A DNA stretch of 64,000 bases from Sarea resinae (taxonomy: Eukaryota), in NCBI GenBank assembly GCA_026026165.1, contig JAPEUD010000031.1:1-64000 (forward strand), read 5' to 3'. Shown piece by piece: positions 1 through 11,718 of this stretch. Both the position numbers and the translations under genes were made by a program. How positions within the stretch are numbered: the stretch's first letter is position 1; each line of letters opens with the position of its first letter. The notes under the pieces are model-generated. The model ran no database searches. It saw only the letters and a program-made list of their open reading frames with translations, and had not been told where the DNA came from.

Positions 1-2
1 TC

Positions 3-3
<1 letters not shown>

Positions 4-34
<31 letters not shown>
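4..34. repeat. poly-C homopolymer (31 nt)
   Basis: Uninterrupted C run read directly from the sequence. Confidence 0.95.
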
Positions 35-540
35 TGCTACCCTTGCCATCATCATCACCATCATCACCCCCCACCCCCACCACCATACCCATAGCCATAC
101 CCATAACCATACATACGCCATCCCATGCCATTCTACACGCCTACACGCCAGGACCTGTAATACATCCCGTACTCCGTCCCAGAGCCAGCCTGTACCATAC
201 CATACATACGTGCACCTTTGTTTTTGGCTAACAGGGGGTACCCAGGGATGGCGTGGGTCTGGTTTCCTGGCTTCCCGACGCAGTGAACAGATGAATAAAC
301 AGATAAACAGATAAAGGAGTAAAGGAATGAATGAATCAAGGATCTAAGCACCTGAAAAGCAGTACGATCCTGTTTCATCTATCCTTTTTTCTCACGAGAC
401 TGCCACGCACATACACAGATACGCACAGCGACCAGCCCAAGCCGTTGGAAAGAAAAGCTCGAGATGCAGACCACTGACGGAGAAGGAGCAGGAGAAAGGT
501 TAAGGACAAGGAGAAGGAGAACTAGAAAAGAGAGAGGAAG

Positions 541-3534
541 CTACACCGCGGCCAGCACGCCTGCCACGTGTTCCAGGAAGGCGTTGAAAGCTTTGACGCG
601 CTGGAGGAGGCCGAGTGGTGGAGTTGTCGCTTCTACTCCTCCTCCTGCTGCTGCTGCTGCTGCGTCTCCTTTGTGCCCGTTGACATCTACGCTGCTCTCG
701 TTTTTGATGTTTGCGCCTCCAATGGCGGTGCTAGCGGTTGTGGTGGCGGACGACGAACTCACGGCCTCTGCTACCTCTCGCAGACGGGTTTTGAGCTCGG
801 TGGAAGAGTCGGCTTGGTGCATGTCAGTGGTGCTAGTAGTGGTGGTGGAAGCACGACCTCGTTGAACGGCGAGGGAAACGTCTTGGATGAGCGTGTTGAG
901 GGCTGTGTTGGCCTGTGGAGTAGGCAGGTTGTCGAACTCGATTAGCCTTCTCGTATATGTGTGTGGAAAGGGCAGATTATGAATGAAGGTGGCAATGTTG
1001 CGTGTAATTGTTCTCGTGTTTTCATGTCATGGCGTGTGAAGGAGAGAGAAGAACAAGGGCGGAGTTGAAAGCGGAGATTAAAACAGGCATGAAAGCGAAT
1101 ATGAGATTCAAGTAAAACAACAAAAGGGAAGATAAATGGCCACTCACATTAGCAGCCTGACTCTCCCTCTCATGCCTGATGCGGATGTCGTCCATGCGTC
1201 GGGCGATGAGTTCGCGTTCGGCGCGGATACGGAGGAGCGAGTCGCGGAGGGCTAGTTTCTGCTTGTTGGCGAGCCGGAGGCGCGTGCTGAGCGTGAGATG
1301 AGCGTCGAGAGTCTCGGTCTGGTATTGAGAGGAGGCCGAGTTAGAGAGAGCGAGTAGAATAGAGTCTACTTTGGGACAAATGCTGGAAGATGAAGACGAG
1401 CTAAGAGGGTAGGACAGGACATACCATCTCAAACAACCTCGCCTGCAATTCCTCTCCAAACCGCTCGATGATGTCCCTCTTCCATAACATCTCCTTGCGT
1501 ATCCGTTCATCTCCTTCGCGCCCGGCCCTTCGCTCCGTGGCATATGTTGCGTGCTCCACCATCTCTCGGCAGATCTGCGCGAGGACGTCGATACCGTTGA
1601 CGCCGTTGCGTTTGGGTGCAGGAGCTGTGACGGCGAGGATGTCTTCGTCGTTAGAGTCATCGTCGTTGGGATCGGCTGGGAGGGTGTGCTGGGTGCGTGG
1701 ATGCGAGAGGCGTTGAACGGTGATGTGAAAGGGGCCAGGACGGTCGGTTTCGTCTGGCTGCTGGGAGCGGTGGGAGGGGCGTTTGCGGGGTGGTTCTGAG
1801 GCCGCTTCTGCTGCTGCTGCTGCTTCTGCTTTCCGACGAGGGCGGGAGGCTTCCTGGATGGTAGCTAGGGCCTTTCGAGGACGACCCTTTCCTCGGCGGA
1901 GGGGGGATTGTGCTTGTCTTTCTGAGACTGTTGTTCGATGCTTATGAGCTTCTTCGCGCCGAGGCTGTCCTTTCTGTCGTTGTATAGTCCCTAAGTCCTG
2001 AGATCTGGAGACCCGGCCTCCCGCATCACTCGCCGTCGGCTTGTCTTGCGCAACGTCGAAAGATCGATGAGCTCTCCGAGTCGCGTCGCGAGTGGCTGCA
2101 TCTGGCAATTCAGAAGTTTCTTGGTCGTCTTCCTCGCTCCTGATCTGGGGATCTTGCAAGGATTTGGGCGGTTGCCTACGAGCTTTTCTTGAAGTACCCG
2201 GCAGTGCATGACCTGATCCAGCTTTGCCAGCGTCGACAGCGTTGTCCCTATCTGACATGGTTTCTAGAGATTGACGAGCTCGACCATGAGCCTTCCTGAC
2301 ATTCGAAGCCGTTTTCGGAGGTGCAGGGCCGGACTCGATTTCGCCCACATTTGGCCCGTCGTCCTTGATTAGAGCACTTTCCAAGGACTTGCGAGGCCGT
2401 CCACGAGGCCTTCCAGTATTTCGTGGCAGAGCAGGTCCAGGTTCATCACTGTTAACGTCAACCTCGTCGTTCTTATCTTGAGTAGTGTCCAAGGACCTTC
2501 GTGCTCGTCCCCGGCGTCTCTGCGTATCCGGAAGAGACTGTGGAGCAGCTGTGGGCTCATCTTCATCATTGTCGACCTCGATGTTTGGTGCTAGATCTTG
2601 GACAGCAGTTTCTTGACTCCTCTTACGTCTCACAGTCTGTACAATACTCTTCCTCTTTTTCCTCCGTGTTTTAGGCAAGACAGTCGGCGCATCTGCCTGG
2701 TTCTCCACGTCGTACAAATCGCCTCCGTTACGACCAGTAGTTGTCACCGAGCCCTGAGGGGCTTCTTCCGAGACCGATATTCCCCTTTTTCTCTTCTGGG
2801 AGGGACTTGACGACGCTATCTGGCCTTCACTGCTAGTATCTGGGCGCTGCGATTTAGTACCTGATTTGACGTCAGCTACCAAGGGAAGTGAAGTATGATG
2901 GTCGACTGACTTGGAATGGCGCTTCTTCCCGTAACACGACGTAGGCTGCCTCGCCGGGAGCTGCCAGCTTGCGCATCTTCAACTAGAGAGCCACTTTCTC
3001 TTGCGACTCCTCCGATAGGTGCCTGCGAGATAGGAGATTGTGCCCGGGATGGCCGTTGCTCTGTAATGCTCTCCAGTGGCCGCTGGACAGCCTGATCGCG
3101 TTGGGTTTCTGGTACGAATGTACTGGCGGCGGGCGTCCTCCGAGAAGTTCTCCGCGCTGAAAGAGGCTTTGGGGTCGTCCGTGACGACCTCTGCGGCGGA
3201 AGAAGTTGTGGAGTTCTCCTTGATGACCTCTGCGGCGGAAGAGGCTGTGGTGTCCTGCGCGATGATCTCTGGGGGCGCAGAGCAGCTTCAGGAGCCACGG
3301 GGAACGTAAGGCCGAATTCCGTGTTCTTCAATTTGTGGGTGCTGCAGAAATCCAATATCAGCGTCTACCATCTCGAGCGCATCGTCTTCAAGTGCAATGT
3401 ATAGATGTATGGGTGTTGTTTACTCACCCCGCTCCACGCTGTCGCATCAACAGGCGTTCCTCGCGATCTGATCATCATGTCAGCTATGATTGTGCTCAGG
3501 AATGATTCATCATAGTCTGCTCACTTGAGGCCAT
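541..3534 (-). CDS. AME1: Inner kinetochore protein, Ame1/CENP-U-like, with AT-hook-like repeats (multi-exon)
   Basis: Spliced start MAS/NREERLLMRQRGAG (ATG 3534; intron 3468-3524). Long basic disordered middle with GRPRGRPRK. C-terminal coiled coil with NGIDVLAQICRE, LDAHLTLSTRLR..LRDSLLRIRAER, DVSLAVQRG and GLLQRVKAFNAFLE. Family assignment is by recalled resemblance. Confidence 0.7.
3131..3276 (-). repeat. Coding 39-bp tandem repeat (PQRSSRRTPQPLP, ~4 copies)
   Basis: GACCTCTGCGGCGGAAGA recurs at 3186 and 3225 (period 39); the translation shows the 13-aa unit. Confidence 0.85.
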
Positions 3535-3840
3535 ATTGACTGCGCTTGTTTAGTTGCCAGCGCGGAGATGATGGTTGATAGCTAGGTACTTGATACGGCA
3601 TGTCGCGTTGTAGAGCTTGGGGACGTGATTGTTTTGGCGCGACGAGGAAGATCACGGAGATTGCCGTCGATATCACCAAAAAGTCATCATCTTTAATGCC
3701 ATCGTGAATCGCCAATACCGTCAGCATTATTAGCATCACCGCCGTTTTTCACATCACAGACGCCTTGAGAATCTGCCTGCGAGATAATACTTTCCAAATC
3801 TACGACCATCTCCGCATTGAGTCCAAACAGTCGACCCGAA

Positions 3841-5127
3841 ATGGGCTGGTTCTGGGGCTCCTCATCCTCTGACGATTCATCATCATCCTCATCCACAACC
3901 ACGAAGACAACCACGAAGACAACCACGACCTCTGACCCCCTCAGCGGACTCGATCCCAGTCTACGCACATTCCTTGAAAATGAGTCACCCGTAAAATACA
4001 CTTCCAATCCAAATAGTTCGCCTTCGACACAGCAGCCATCCTACCACGACCAAATAACCCCCTCACCCGCCACCTCATCGTCATCTGCATCCACCACCTC
4101 CGCCTCAAGCCCGGCAACAGGAGTGCCGCCGCAATCTCTCTATCCAGATGGCCGCTATGCCGACATCTGGCGCACATATCGGCCGCTCTCGGAGGTCGAA
4201 AACGCCTCGAAGACAGAACAAGACAAGCTGATGGACGTGCTGGAGGGCTACAAGAACCGCAAGGCGGAGATCGGGCGGGCGGCGCTCGAGAACTGCGCCC
4301 TGGAGCAATGGGCCGTGAATGACTGTTTCCGGAACGGCGGCTGGAGATCACGGGTGGCGTTATGTCGGACGGAGAACCGAGAGATGGAGAGGTGTTTTCT
4401 GATGCAATCGGTACGTTTTTCTTACTTCCTTATCTCTAACCTTTCCCTCATAATGGCGGCTTTCCCCTCTGTCTTCTTGATATGTCATCCAATCCATCCT
4501 CATCATCATCACATCTACATATTTAGATCTCCATGTCTTGTCATACTGATCCCGAAACCCCAGAAATTCCTCAAAGCACTGGGCTACCTCTCTACGTACG
4601 ACCGGTCACCGGACACCGACGAGGCAATCCAGATGCACGCCGACACGCTGTACCACCGAATGCTAGACCAAGAAAAAGCCATTGAAGAAGCAAAAGCAAA
4701 CGACCTTCCGATCCCGACCTTCCCACCCATCATCCCACAGACAGCCCAAGGCGAAACGCTCTCTCCCTCTCCCTCTCCCTCCGCAACACCCCCATCCGCA
4801 TTCTCAGCCCCAACCGAATCCTCTCCCTTCCCGTCCCCCCAAACCCCCGCCCCTCCCACCACCACTGCCCCAGAGACCCCAGACAAACTCACCCTGCCCA
4901 GCCTCCACCCCGACATCCAAGCCCAACTCCTCAAGCGCCTCGACGGCCTCAGCCCGCTCGAGCGCGAAGTCGAAGAAGCCGCCATCAGCAAGGAGATAGC
5001 AGCAGGCGAGCACCTGAGCCGCCAGATCGGCGCACAGTACGCCGCCAAAGAAGCCGCGCGCAAGAAGAGGCGCGCCGAGGGGCAGGAGACGGTCGCTGAT
5101 CGCGTGAGTGGCTGGTTTGGGTGGTAG
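3841..5127 (+). CDS. Fungal protein with twin CX9C motif (candidate mitochondrial intermembrane-space protein); intron 4411-4563
   Basis: ATG 3841 MGWFWG; C-ALEQWAVND-C and C-RTENREMER-C; GTACGT...CTGAT...CAG intron; ends VSGWFGW. Divergent from AME1 across ~300 bp. Confidence 0.75.
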   Translation: MGWFWGSSSSDDSSSSSSTTTKTTTKTTTTSDPLSGLDPSLRTFLENESPVKYTSNPNSSPSTQQPSYHDQITPSPATSSSSASTTSASSPATGVPPQSLYPDGRYADIWRTYRPLSEVENASKTEQDKLMDVLEGYKNRKAEIGRAALENCALEQWAVNDCFRNGGWRSRVALCRTENREMERCFLMQSVRFSYFLISNLSLIMAAFPSVFLICHPIHPHHHHIYIFRSPCLVILIPKPQKFLKALGYLSTYDRSPDTDEAIQMHADTLYHRMLDQEKAIEEAKANDLPIPTFPPIIPQTAQGETLSPSPSPSATPPSAFSAPTESSPFPSPQTPAPPTTTAPETPDKLTLPSLHPDIQAQLLKRLDGLSPLEREVEEAAISKEIAAGEHLSRQIGAQYAAKEAARKKRRAEGQETVADRVSGWFGW

Positions 5128-5739
5128 GATGGCAGAGCGGGTTGTGGATTGCGTGCAAGAGGTGGGGATGAATCGATGGGTGGATGGATGGATGGATGGA
5201 TGGATAGATAGATGAGGGCACAACTGGTTTGAGGATATGGCTCAGCGCAGAAGAGAGCAACTCGAGCAGTCGAGGAGCATCACCGCTGTATCTGTAAATC
5301 ACATGTATAAAAGCGAGAAAAACATAGCTAATAACCGCCATCAAACACAAACACAAACACAAACTCATCCCGTCATTCGCGACCCCCCACACTATCCTAC
5401 CTATCCTCACGACCATGCCTTCAATCTATCATCATCATAGGGTCTTCGATACCTGACTCCGCCCCGTTCCACCCCGGCCCGCCCCGCCTCGTCCTGCCCC
5501 GCCTCGTCCCGTCCCGCAGAACGACACCCACAGCACATAAGTCAGACACAACCACAGCCATAACCATAGCCAAAGCCGCAGCCCTAGCCCTAGCCATAAT
5601 GCTATCTAATTGCATACCACCCAAGAGGCACACACACACACACATATTTACATATATGTGCAGAAGACTCAGCGTTTTTTGTATGATTTCTACCTACTAC
5701 CTACCTTAGGTATGGCTGGGCACTGATTCATGGAGGGAG

Positions 5740-5763
5740 GAAGAAGAAGAGGAGGAAGAAGAA

Positions 5764-5795
<32 letters not shown>

Positions 5796-5797
5796 AG
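5740..5797 (+). repeat. (GAA)n microsatellite, imperfect
   Basis: Read directly. Confidence 0.9.
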
Positions 5798-5972
5798 TAA
5801 TGGAACGGTTCGTTGACGATCAGTATATGTATTTCTTGCGCCTGTGATCATGTCTGTAATCGCGCCCAAGGTCCTATGAGAATCCTACGCTTTGCGGAGT
5901 AAGCCCATGCGTACGCCAAGGAACAACGCATCTCCCTACTGCGAGCCAGCTTCGCATAACCCTCTGTCTCTC

Positions 5973-5973
<1 letters not shown>

Positions 5974-6019
<46 letters not shown>
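5974..6019. repeat. poly-C homopolymer (46 nt)
   Basis: Read directly. Confidence 0.95.
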
Positions 6020-7234
6020 TTTCTCTTGCACACACAGTAAGTGCCAGCCCGCTCCTTCGTGCATCTCAAGCCTCGACTTCTTTCAGATCGCCCTGTTCAA
6101 AGATCCTGCACGTCAAGCTTCTGCCGCGGCTGACTAATCGAGCTTCTCCCTGCACGCCTCGAATTCGATTGTGTTTTTTTTTGTCTCCAGCTTCCATTTC
6201 AGAGTCGAATCGGCATCCTTCACGGGAAAGCGAGCTATTTTGAGCCGCTTCTCGTATGAAAACAGTGGGACTTCGAGAAGGATGAGCTCGTGGATCTAGA
6301 AAACCGTGCTAGCGTGCTTGAGTAGTAATTGAGAATTGATATCGGAGGGCATGTTGGAATTGTGGCCCAAGGGCAGATGTTGTAGCAGACGCGCTGGGCC
6401 AATGTACGTGCTTGCTTCTTTCTCTTCCTTCTCCATCTTAGCCCCCTATTCAAAGTCGCTGCACGCGTTGACCTCCTTTGACTGCCTGCTCGCCCAATCC
6501 CTTCTCTTCTTAGATAAAGTCGCTCATCATCCCTCTCCTCCCCGAAGGCAAGACGGATATTTCAGTTGCATGGATTTTCACCAAAGAATGACGCCGGCGC
6601 GTCCAAGACGTGTTTGTAGATTAAACACTGCAGGCGTACCGCGGGTGCGACGGTTGAGACGGCGGGGCTAAGAGCCTAAAGCGCGGACCAGCTGAGACAT
6701 TGGTTTCAGGCCCGTGCCTAGGCACGCCAGGACGGGGCAAGAGCAGGAGCAAACATAGATCAGATACAGACACTCAATGAGGGACTGAGAAATGACTGTG
6801 ATGGTACACGAACGGAAAGCTTTTAGTGCGCTCGAGCTCCATTGAGCCAGTCGGATTCGGAGCCGAAGGAAGGCACGGTCTCAGAACTACGGCGACGAAA
6901 GAAACAGGTGGACGGATAGAGCGTGTTTTTGTTAATGATGCGCGGAGGAGGTAGAGATGAATCTGAGAGTGACAGCGGAGAGCATTAGTCGGAGATTACA
7001 ACTATGTGGAACATGTTGGGGCAAGAATGCCTGATAAGGCGCTTGGTCTTCCAAGCGAATCGGAGAAGACAAGAGAAGGAGACATATTCTCCCATTTGTT
7101 GAAGTGGTTAGGGAGGTTGATGATGTCTCATCATATTGGAGGTCTTACATAGGAAGAGTCTACTCTCATCTGTTGTCTCGAGGAAAGATAGACCGCCGTC
7201 CGAGCCAATCGAAAGGAGATATCTCTGAAAATGT

Positions 7235-8633
7235 CTAAAACCTACCGAGGTCCTGATCGGTGACTTCATCGGCGGCAGCGGTGGGCACGGCGCCCGTCAT
7301 GCTTAGGCCCGCAGGGTCGTAGGAGGTGGTCTCTGAAGGAGGAAGATTCTGGCGAGTATAAGTATCAAACATCAGTCGGGGTCATGCTCAAGTTCATAGT
7401 CTGAAGGATCACATCCGAAGACTCGACAGCGGATCCAGTCTAGAGGGGGACTGTGGAGGTGACCGCTTTCGTGTGCCTGTCGTTGGGAGGACTGGAGCTG
7501 GTCTGATGATGGGACTGGACTTCTTAGAGAGGAGAAAAAAATACTAACATCGACAATCTGATCGCCTTCGACACGGACTTCGCGGTCTCTCAGCCGGCGC
7601 ATTAGGGCCATGAAATTGCTCTCCTGGAACTTGCGGCTGGTGTCATCCTCCACGCTGTTGAGAAGTTGGCCTGCTGTTCGAGCAAGCTCATCTGCGTCAT
7701 CTTCGAGCGGATGCTCTCGTTGTTCCTCTTCAGCCTGGCTGGCCTCGTGAAGAATTGCGTCTGCGCCTATACGCCCTCGGAGATTGGGATTGAAATTGTC
7801 TCTATGCATCGGTGGGTCCGGGAATGCTTCAGCAAAGCTGTGAAGATATGGGCGCTCCTTCTGTTCGACTCCCTCCTTCTGTTCGACTCCCTCTTTCTGG
7901 TCGACTCCCTCTTTCTGTTCGAATCCTTCCTGTTGTTCGACCCCATCCTCCTGATGGCTGAGCAGTTCCGACCTTGCAGCTTCGAAGGCCTGTTCAAAGG
8001 CTCTATCATCGAATAGTTCCTCTTCAGGTTGAGTGGCTTGCTTCTGTTGTGCTATGGAAGGGGTCTGCATCCCTTGCCCCAGGCCTGCATTCATCATAGG
8101 CCCTTGCATACCATACCCGTTCAGACCACCACCGAGCATCTGCGTAGGTGCAGGCTCATGCCTGGACTGCATCGCAGATGGACTTTGCTGCATAAATTCC
8201 TGGTGCCATCCTCCTGATTGCAATGGTGCTTGCGCTCTGAGGTGTTGTTGTGGAATGGGGGAGTGAGAATCCGAAAGATGAAGTCGCTGGAAATCCGAAG
8301 CCCATGCAGAGCCACCTGGTTGACTTTGAGCGTTTGAAAATGGCGAAGGGGTTTGGTGAAAAGGATGAAAGTCCGGTGGCGGTAGCCTCGGAGTGACGCC
8401 GGCTTGGAAGGCCTCAAATTCGGGGTCTAGTGCCCCTGCATTACGCCCGGGACCGGAACGGAAACCCTTGAATTTCGAGTTAGCATGTAGGATAATGCTA
8501 GGATGGATCACACTCTTACCTGCGAGGGGGATTGTCGGGAGGAAAGATGGTCTTGCTGAAGGGTGCGATCGACAGAAGTATGCTTCTGGAAGTTCTGGAG
8601 GGCATTTGACGGGCCGCAAAGAGCATCGGCCAT
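7235..8633 (-). CDS. PEX20: Peroxin 20, PTS2 co-receptor
   Basis: N-terminus MADALCGPSNALQNFQKH with the conserved Cys; WxxxF motifs WASDF and WHQEF; Pex7-binding segment KFQESNFMALMRRLRDREVRVEGD. Introns 8467-8519 and probably 7349-7548; the last exon is uncertain. Confidence 0.85.
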
Positions 8634-9439
8634 GTTGAGTGTTGTGTGAAGGATCGAAGAGGAGCTTTCTCACTCAGTAGGAGGCTCTGTCAATATATGC
8701 AAGAGGTACAGTAAGGGACGATGGACTTCTTTTAGGGATGAAAGATGAAGATGAGAGATGAGAGATGGTTGATACGGTCGATACCGAGGCTCACTCATGG
8801 TCAATTGCCGAACCGATGTCGTCAACTGTCCGCCGAACCCCACGATCAGATAATAACAGCCGATATGGCATGTAAGGAGTACCGTACTCACACAAGTACT
8901 TTGTACACGCGAAGCTCCACTCATTCGTACACGGCCTGTAACCACCAACGTTATTTGGTCGTTCCGAGAGCCAGACGTCTATGCTTTTAGACATAGATCA
9001 TTCATTCGAGTATCGTTTGGATTCTCTAAGACGTAGCACATAGGGTACCACTACTCTTCACCGTCATTACAGCTATTATCCAGCACTATCATCCGAGCTT
9101 CAGTCTTTTCCGAATACAAAGAGACTCGCAATCTCTCTCAATACATGAAAGAGGGGCTGGGGGGCGTTGGAAGGTTGTGGGGAAGTGATAGTATGGCGGA
9201 ATGAGAAGGCTATGCTGTAGAGATACAAGAACGTGGCAATGAAGAAACAGAGACACAAACTGGGGGAAGAGGCACGGATAGATAGACAGATGAAGAAATC
9301 CAACGCCCGCTAAGAAGAAAGGATGAATTTTGCGCACAATGGGAAAAAGCAGAAGCACAACAAATGAGGGAGAAGAAGGGCCGTTGATGGGGCGAGCGAA
9401 GGACCCTCCAGACACGCCATCGCGAATCCTATCCGTGTA

Positions 9440-11718
9440 TCATGGCCACCCTGGCTGTTGCTGCTGCGGCTGTTGACTTTGCGGCTGGCCCGGTCGTGGG
9501 AAGACAGGAAGAGTCGGCAATTGCTCTAATCCACCCATAGTGCCCTGACCTGCTTGCCAACTTTGCCCGGTCTGCTGGTTGTGAAAGAGACTTTGCCGGA
9601 AGGGATTGGTGCTCCCAGTCTGTTGGATAGCGATACCAGCCTCGGATGAAGGCGTAAATGGCTGTGTCTGAGCGGGAGAGCTGGCTTTCGCAAACGGGTT
9701 CACGCCCGTAGCCGACGCTTGAAGAGGTTGTGCTTCGGGTGGGTGTTGGAATGGCTGTTGGGATTGAGCCTGGATCTGCGGGGATGCTGAAAATGGGGTG
9801 CCTTGGGTGGGGGGAGTTGATTGTGCTGGAGTATGTTTGGCGAAAGGGTTGGTAGGTTGTCGACTGATGGAGGGGAGCGACGGCGTGCTGGAGAAGGAGG
9901 ATACGGTGGCACCCGTTGCATGAGGCATCATCGATTGGCGGAAGGGGTTCGAAGCTTGTGCCTGTTGGCCATTACTGATATTATTAAATTGGTCTTGCGG
10001 CGGCTGCTGGAAAGTAGATGCATTATCCTGAGGTAAGCCGGAACCAGGAGTTTGCTGTGGACTGAATGTCTGTTGCTGCTGTTGAGGCGTATAGCCCCCA
10101 AACCCAGCTCCAGTAAAGTCTTGCTGCACGACGGGTTGTTGCGGTGGTGGGGCAAATCCAGCCTGACTTTGCTGCTGGGGTTGGAAGTATGGCGCTGAAT
10201 CAGGTTGAGCAAAGGATGGATTGAACTGCTGTTGGACTTGTCCCGTTTGCTGCGTGCCATATACTGGCTGTTGGAAGGGCTGGCCCGCTTGCTGACCGGG
10301 TACTTGACCTTGCGCAAATTGAGGTTGTTGCAGAGGAGCTTGGTATCCAAGAGGCTGCTGGTTTTGCTCTATTGAGTCGAAAAAGTCAATTAGATCAGGG
10401 GCTGGGCCTTTCGCCGGCGGATTTGATGGTGCTGCTTGGCTAGCCTTCGGAGATGGAAAGCTCTGGCCTGTTGCGGCTTTTGACTGCAGAGGCCTTGAGT
10501 TCCCAAAAGGTTTAGCTGATCCATTCGTGGCGCCGCGTGCTTTTTTGGCTTCTTGTTCAGCCAGATACTGCCGTCTATTGACTTCAAAGTCGGGATCATG
10601 AAGGTATTCCTCGAGCGAGTTGGTGAGGCCAGTCGGCGCGTGCTTCAACTTTGGAATCTCGAGCCTCGTAGCGGTTTCGTAGAGCCTGGCTATACCCAAG
10701 AACTCGACAACCAGATTGGTCTGTCTGCTAAAAGTCCTATAGATCTCTAATGCTCGTTCGGCGTCGAATTTGGACATTTCGAAGTAGTGTTCTAAATCAT
10801 CTTAGCTCTTTAGCCTCACTTATTGATCGTAAGACCATACCCAAAACATTGATAGTCCCTTCATTCATGACGTGAAATAAAACGAGAAGATCCATCGTCA
10901 GCAGTCTGTATGCAGTCAAAGTGATCTCATTCTCCGGCTCGTTCGTCAAAAGCTGCAGATGGAAAAATTAGTATTCACTCGGAAATTTCAGATGATGTTT
11001 GCAAAACGCACATCGCACTTCAGTAAAGCCTGAATTTGATCCTGCACGCATTCGGTTTCTCGTAGCAGTCCTTTTTCTACGGAAATCCTTTTCAACCTTC
11101 CTTCCCCATTTCGAACAAAATCTACCTTGGTCAGGCCAAAAGACTTTGCTCTCTCCTGCAGGTATTGCGAGTAGCATCGGATATTTCTCCCTTGGACCTG
11201 GACTGCTCCGCAAATTCAATCAGCGAAATGCCCTTGAAAGTATTCTAGCACGTGTCTTTTCAAGCCGCATCTTGTCCATGGCCGCAAATCTCCACTCAAC
11301 AACAGCGATCCCATGATACACGATGAAGGAAACCTACCGTCCGAAAAGTTGCTTATGGCCAGCTTGCGAGGCGAGTTCGATAGGTATCTTAGTGTTACAT
11401 CAGGCTCCCCCTCCCGGATCATCAAATGCACAATGATTAGTGATTTGAATACGATGGTCCATGTCGAGTCGCGAAGTCGGTTCTGCAGAGCGCGAAAGAT
11501 CTCGGCCACACCGGATTCGCCGGCATGAGTCGCGACAAGTATATGCTCGACATACTTGGACTTTGGTGCGGCAAGCTGTCGTCGAAGAGTGGTCAATAGT
11601 GGCTCTCTACAAGCGGTCTCACGGCACCTCAAACGTGAAGGGTCAAGAAGAGCGGAAGAAGCATGCGGACCTTGATCTTGGTGCCCCCCTTCACCGACTT
11701 CTCAAAGGAACTCGACAT
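9440..11718 (-). CDS. ANTH-domain clathrin assembly adaptor (Yap1801/2, CALM/AP180 family)
   Basis: MSSSFEKSVKGGTKIK/LAAPKSKYVEHIL..WTIVFKSLIIVHLMIREG (ANTH); clathrin-box-like DLIDFFD; several NPF motifs and QxTG repeats in a Q/P-rich tail; four canonical introns. Confidence 0.92.

Noticed and set aside
3468..3524. C/D box-like words (ATGATGA, CTGA) in AME1 intron 1
   Set aside because: The 57-nt intron is too short to hold a snoRNA, and one CTGA is the branch site.
5955..5965. TAACCCT as a telomerase RNA template
   Set aside because: Only 7 nt; it lacks the ~1.5-repeat template and I saw no supporting structure.
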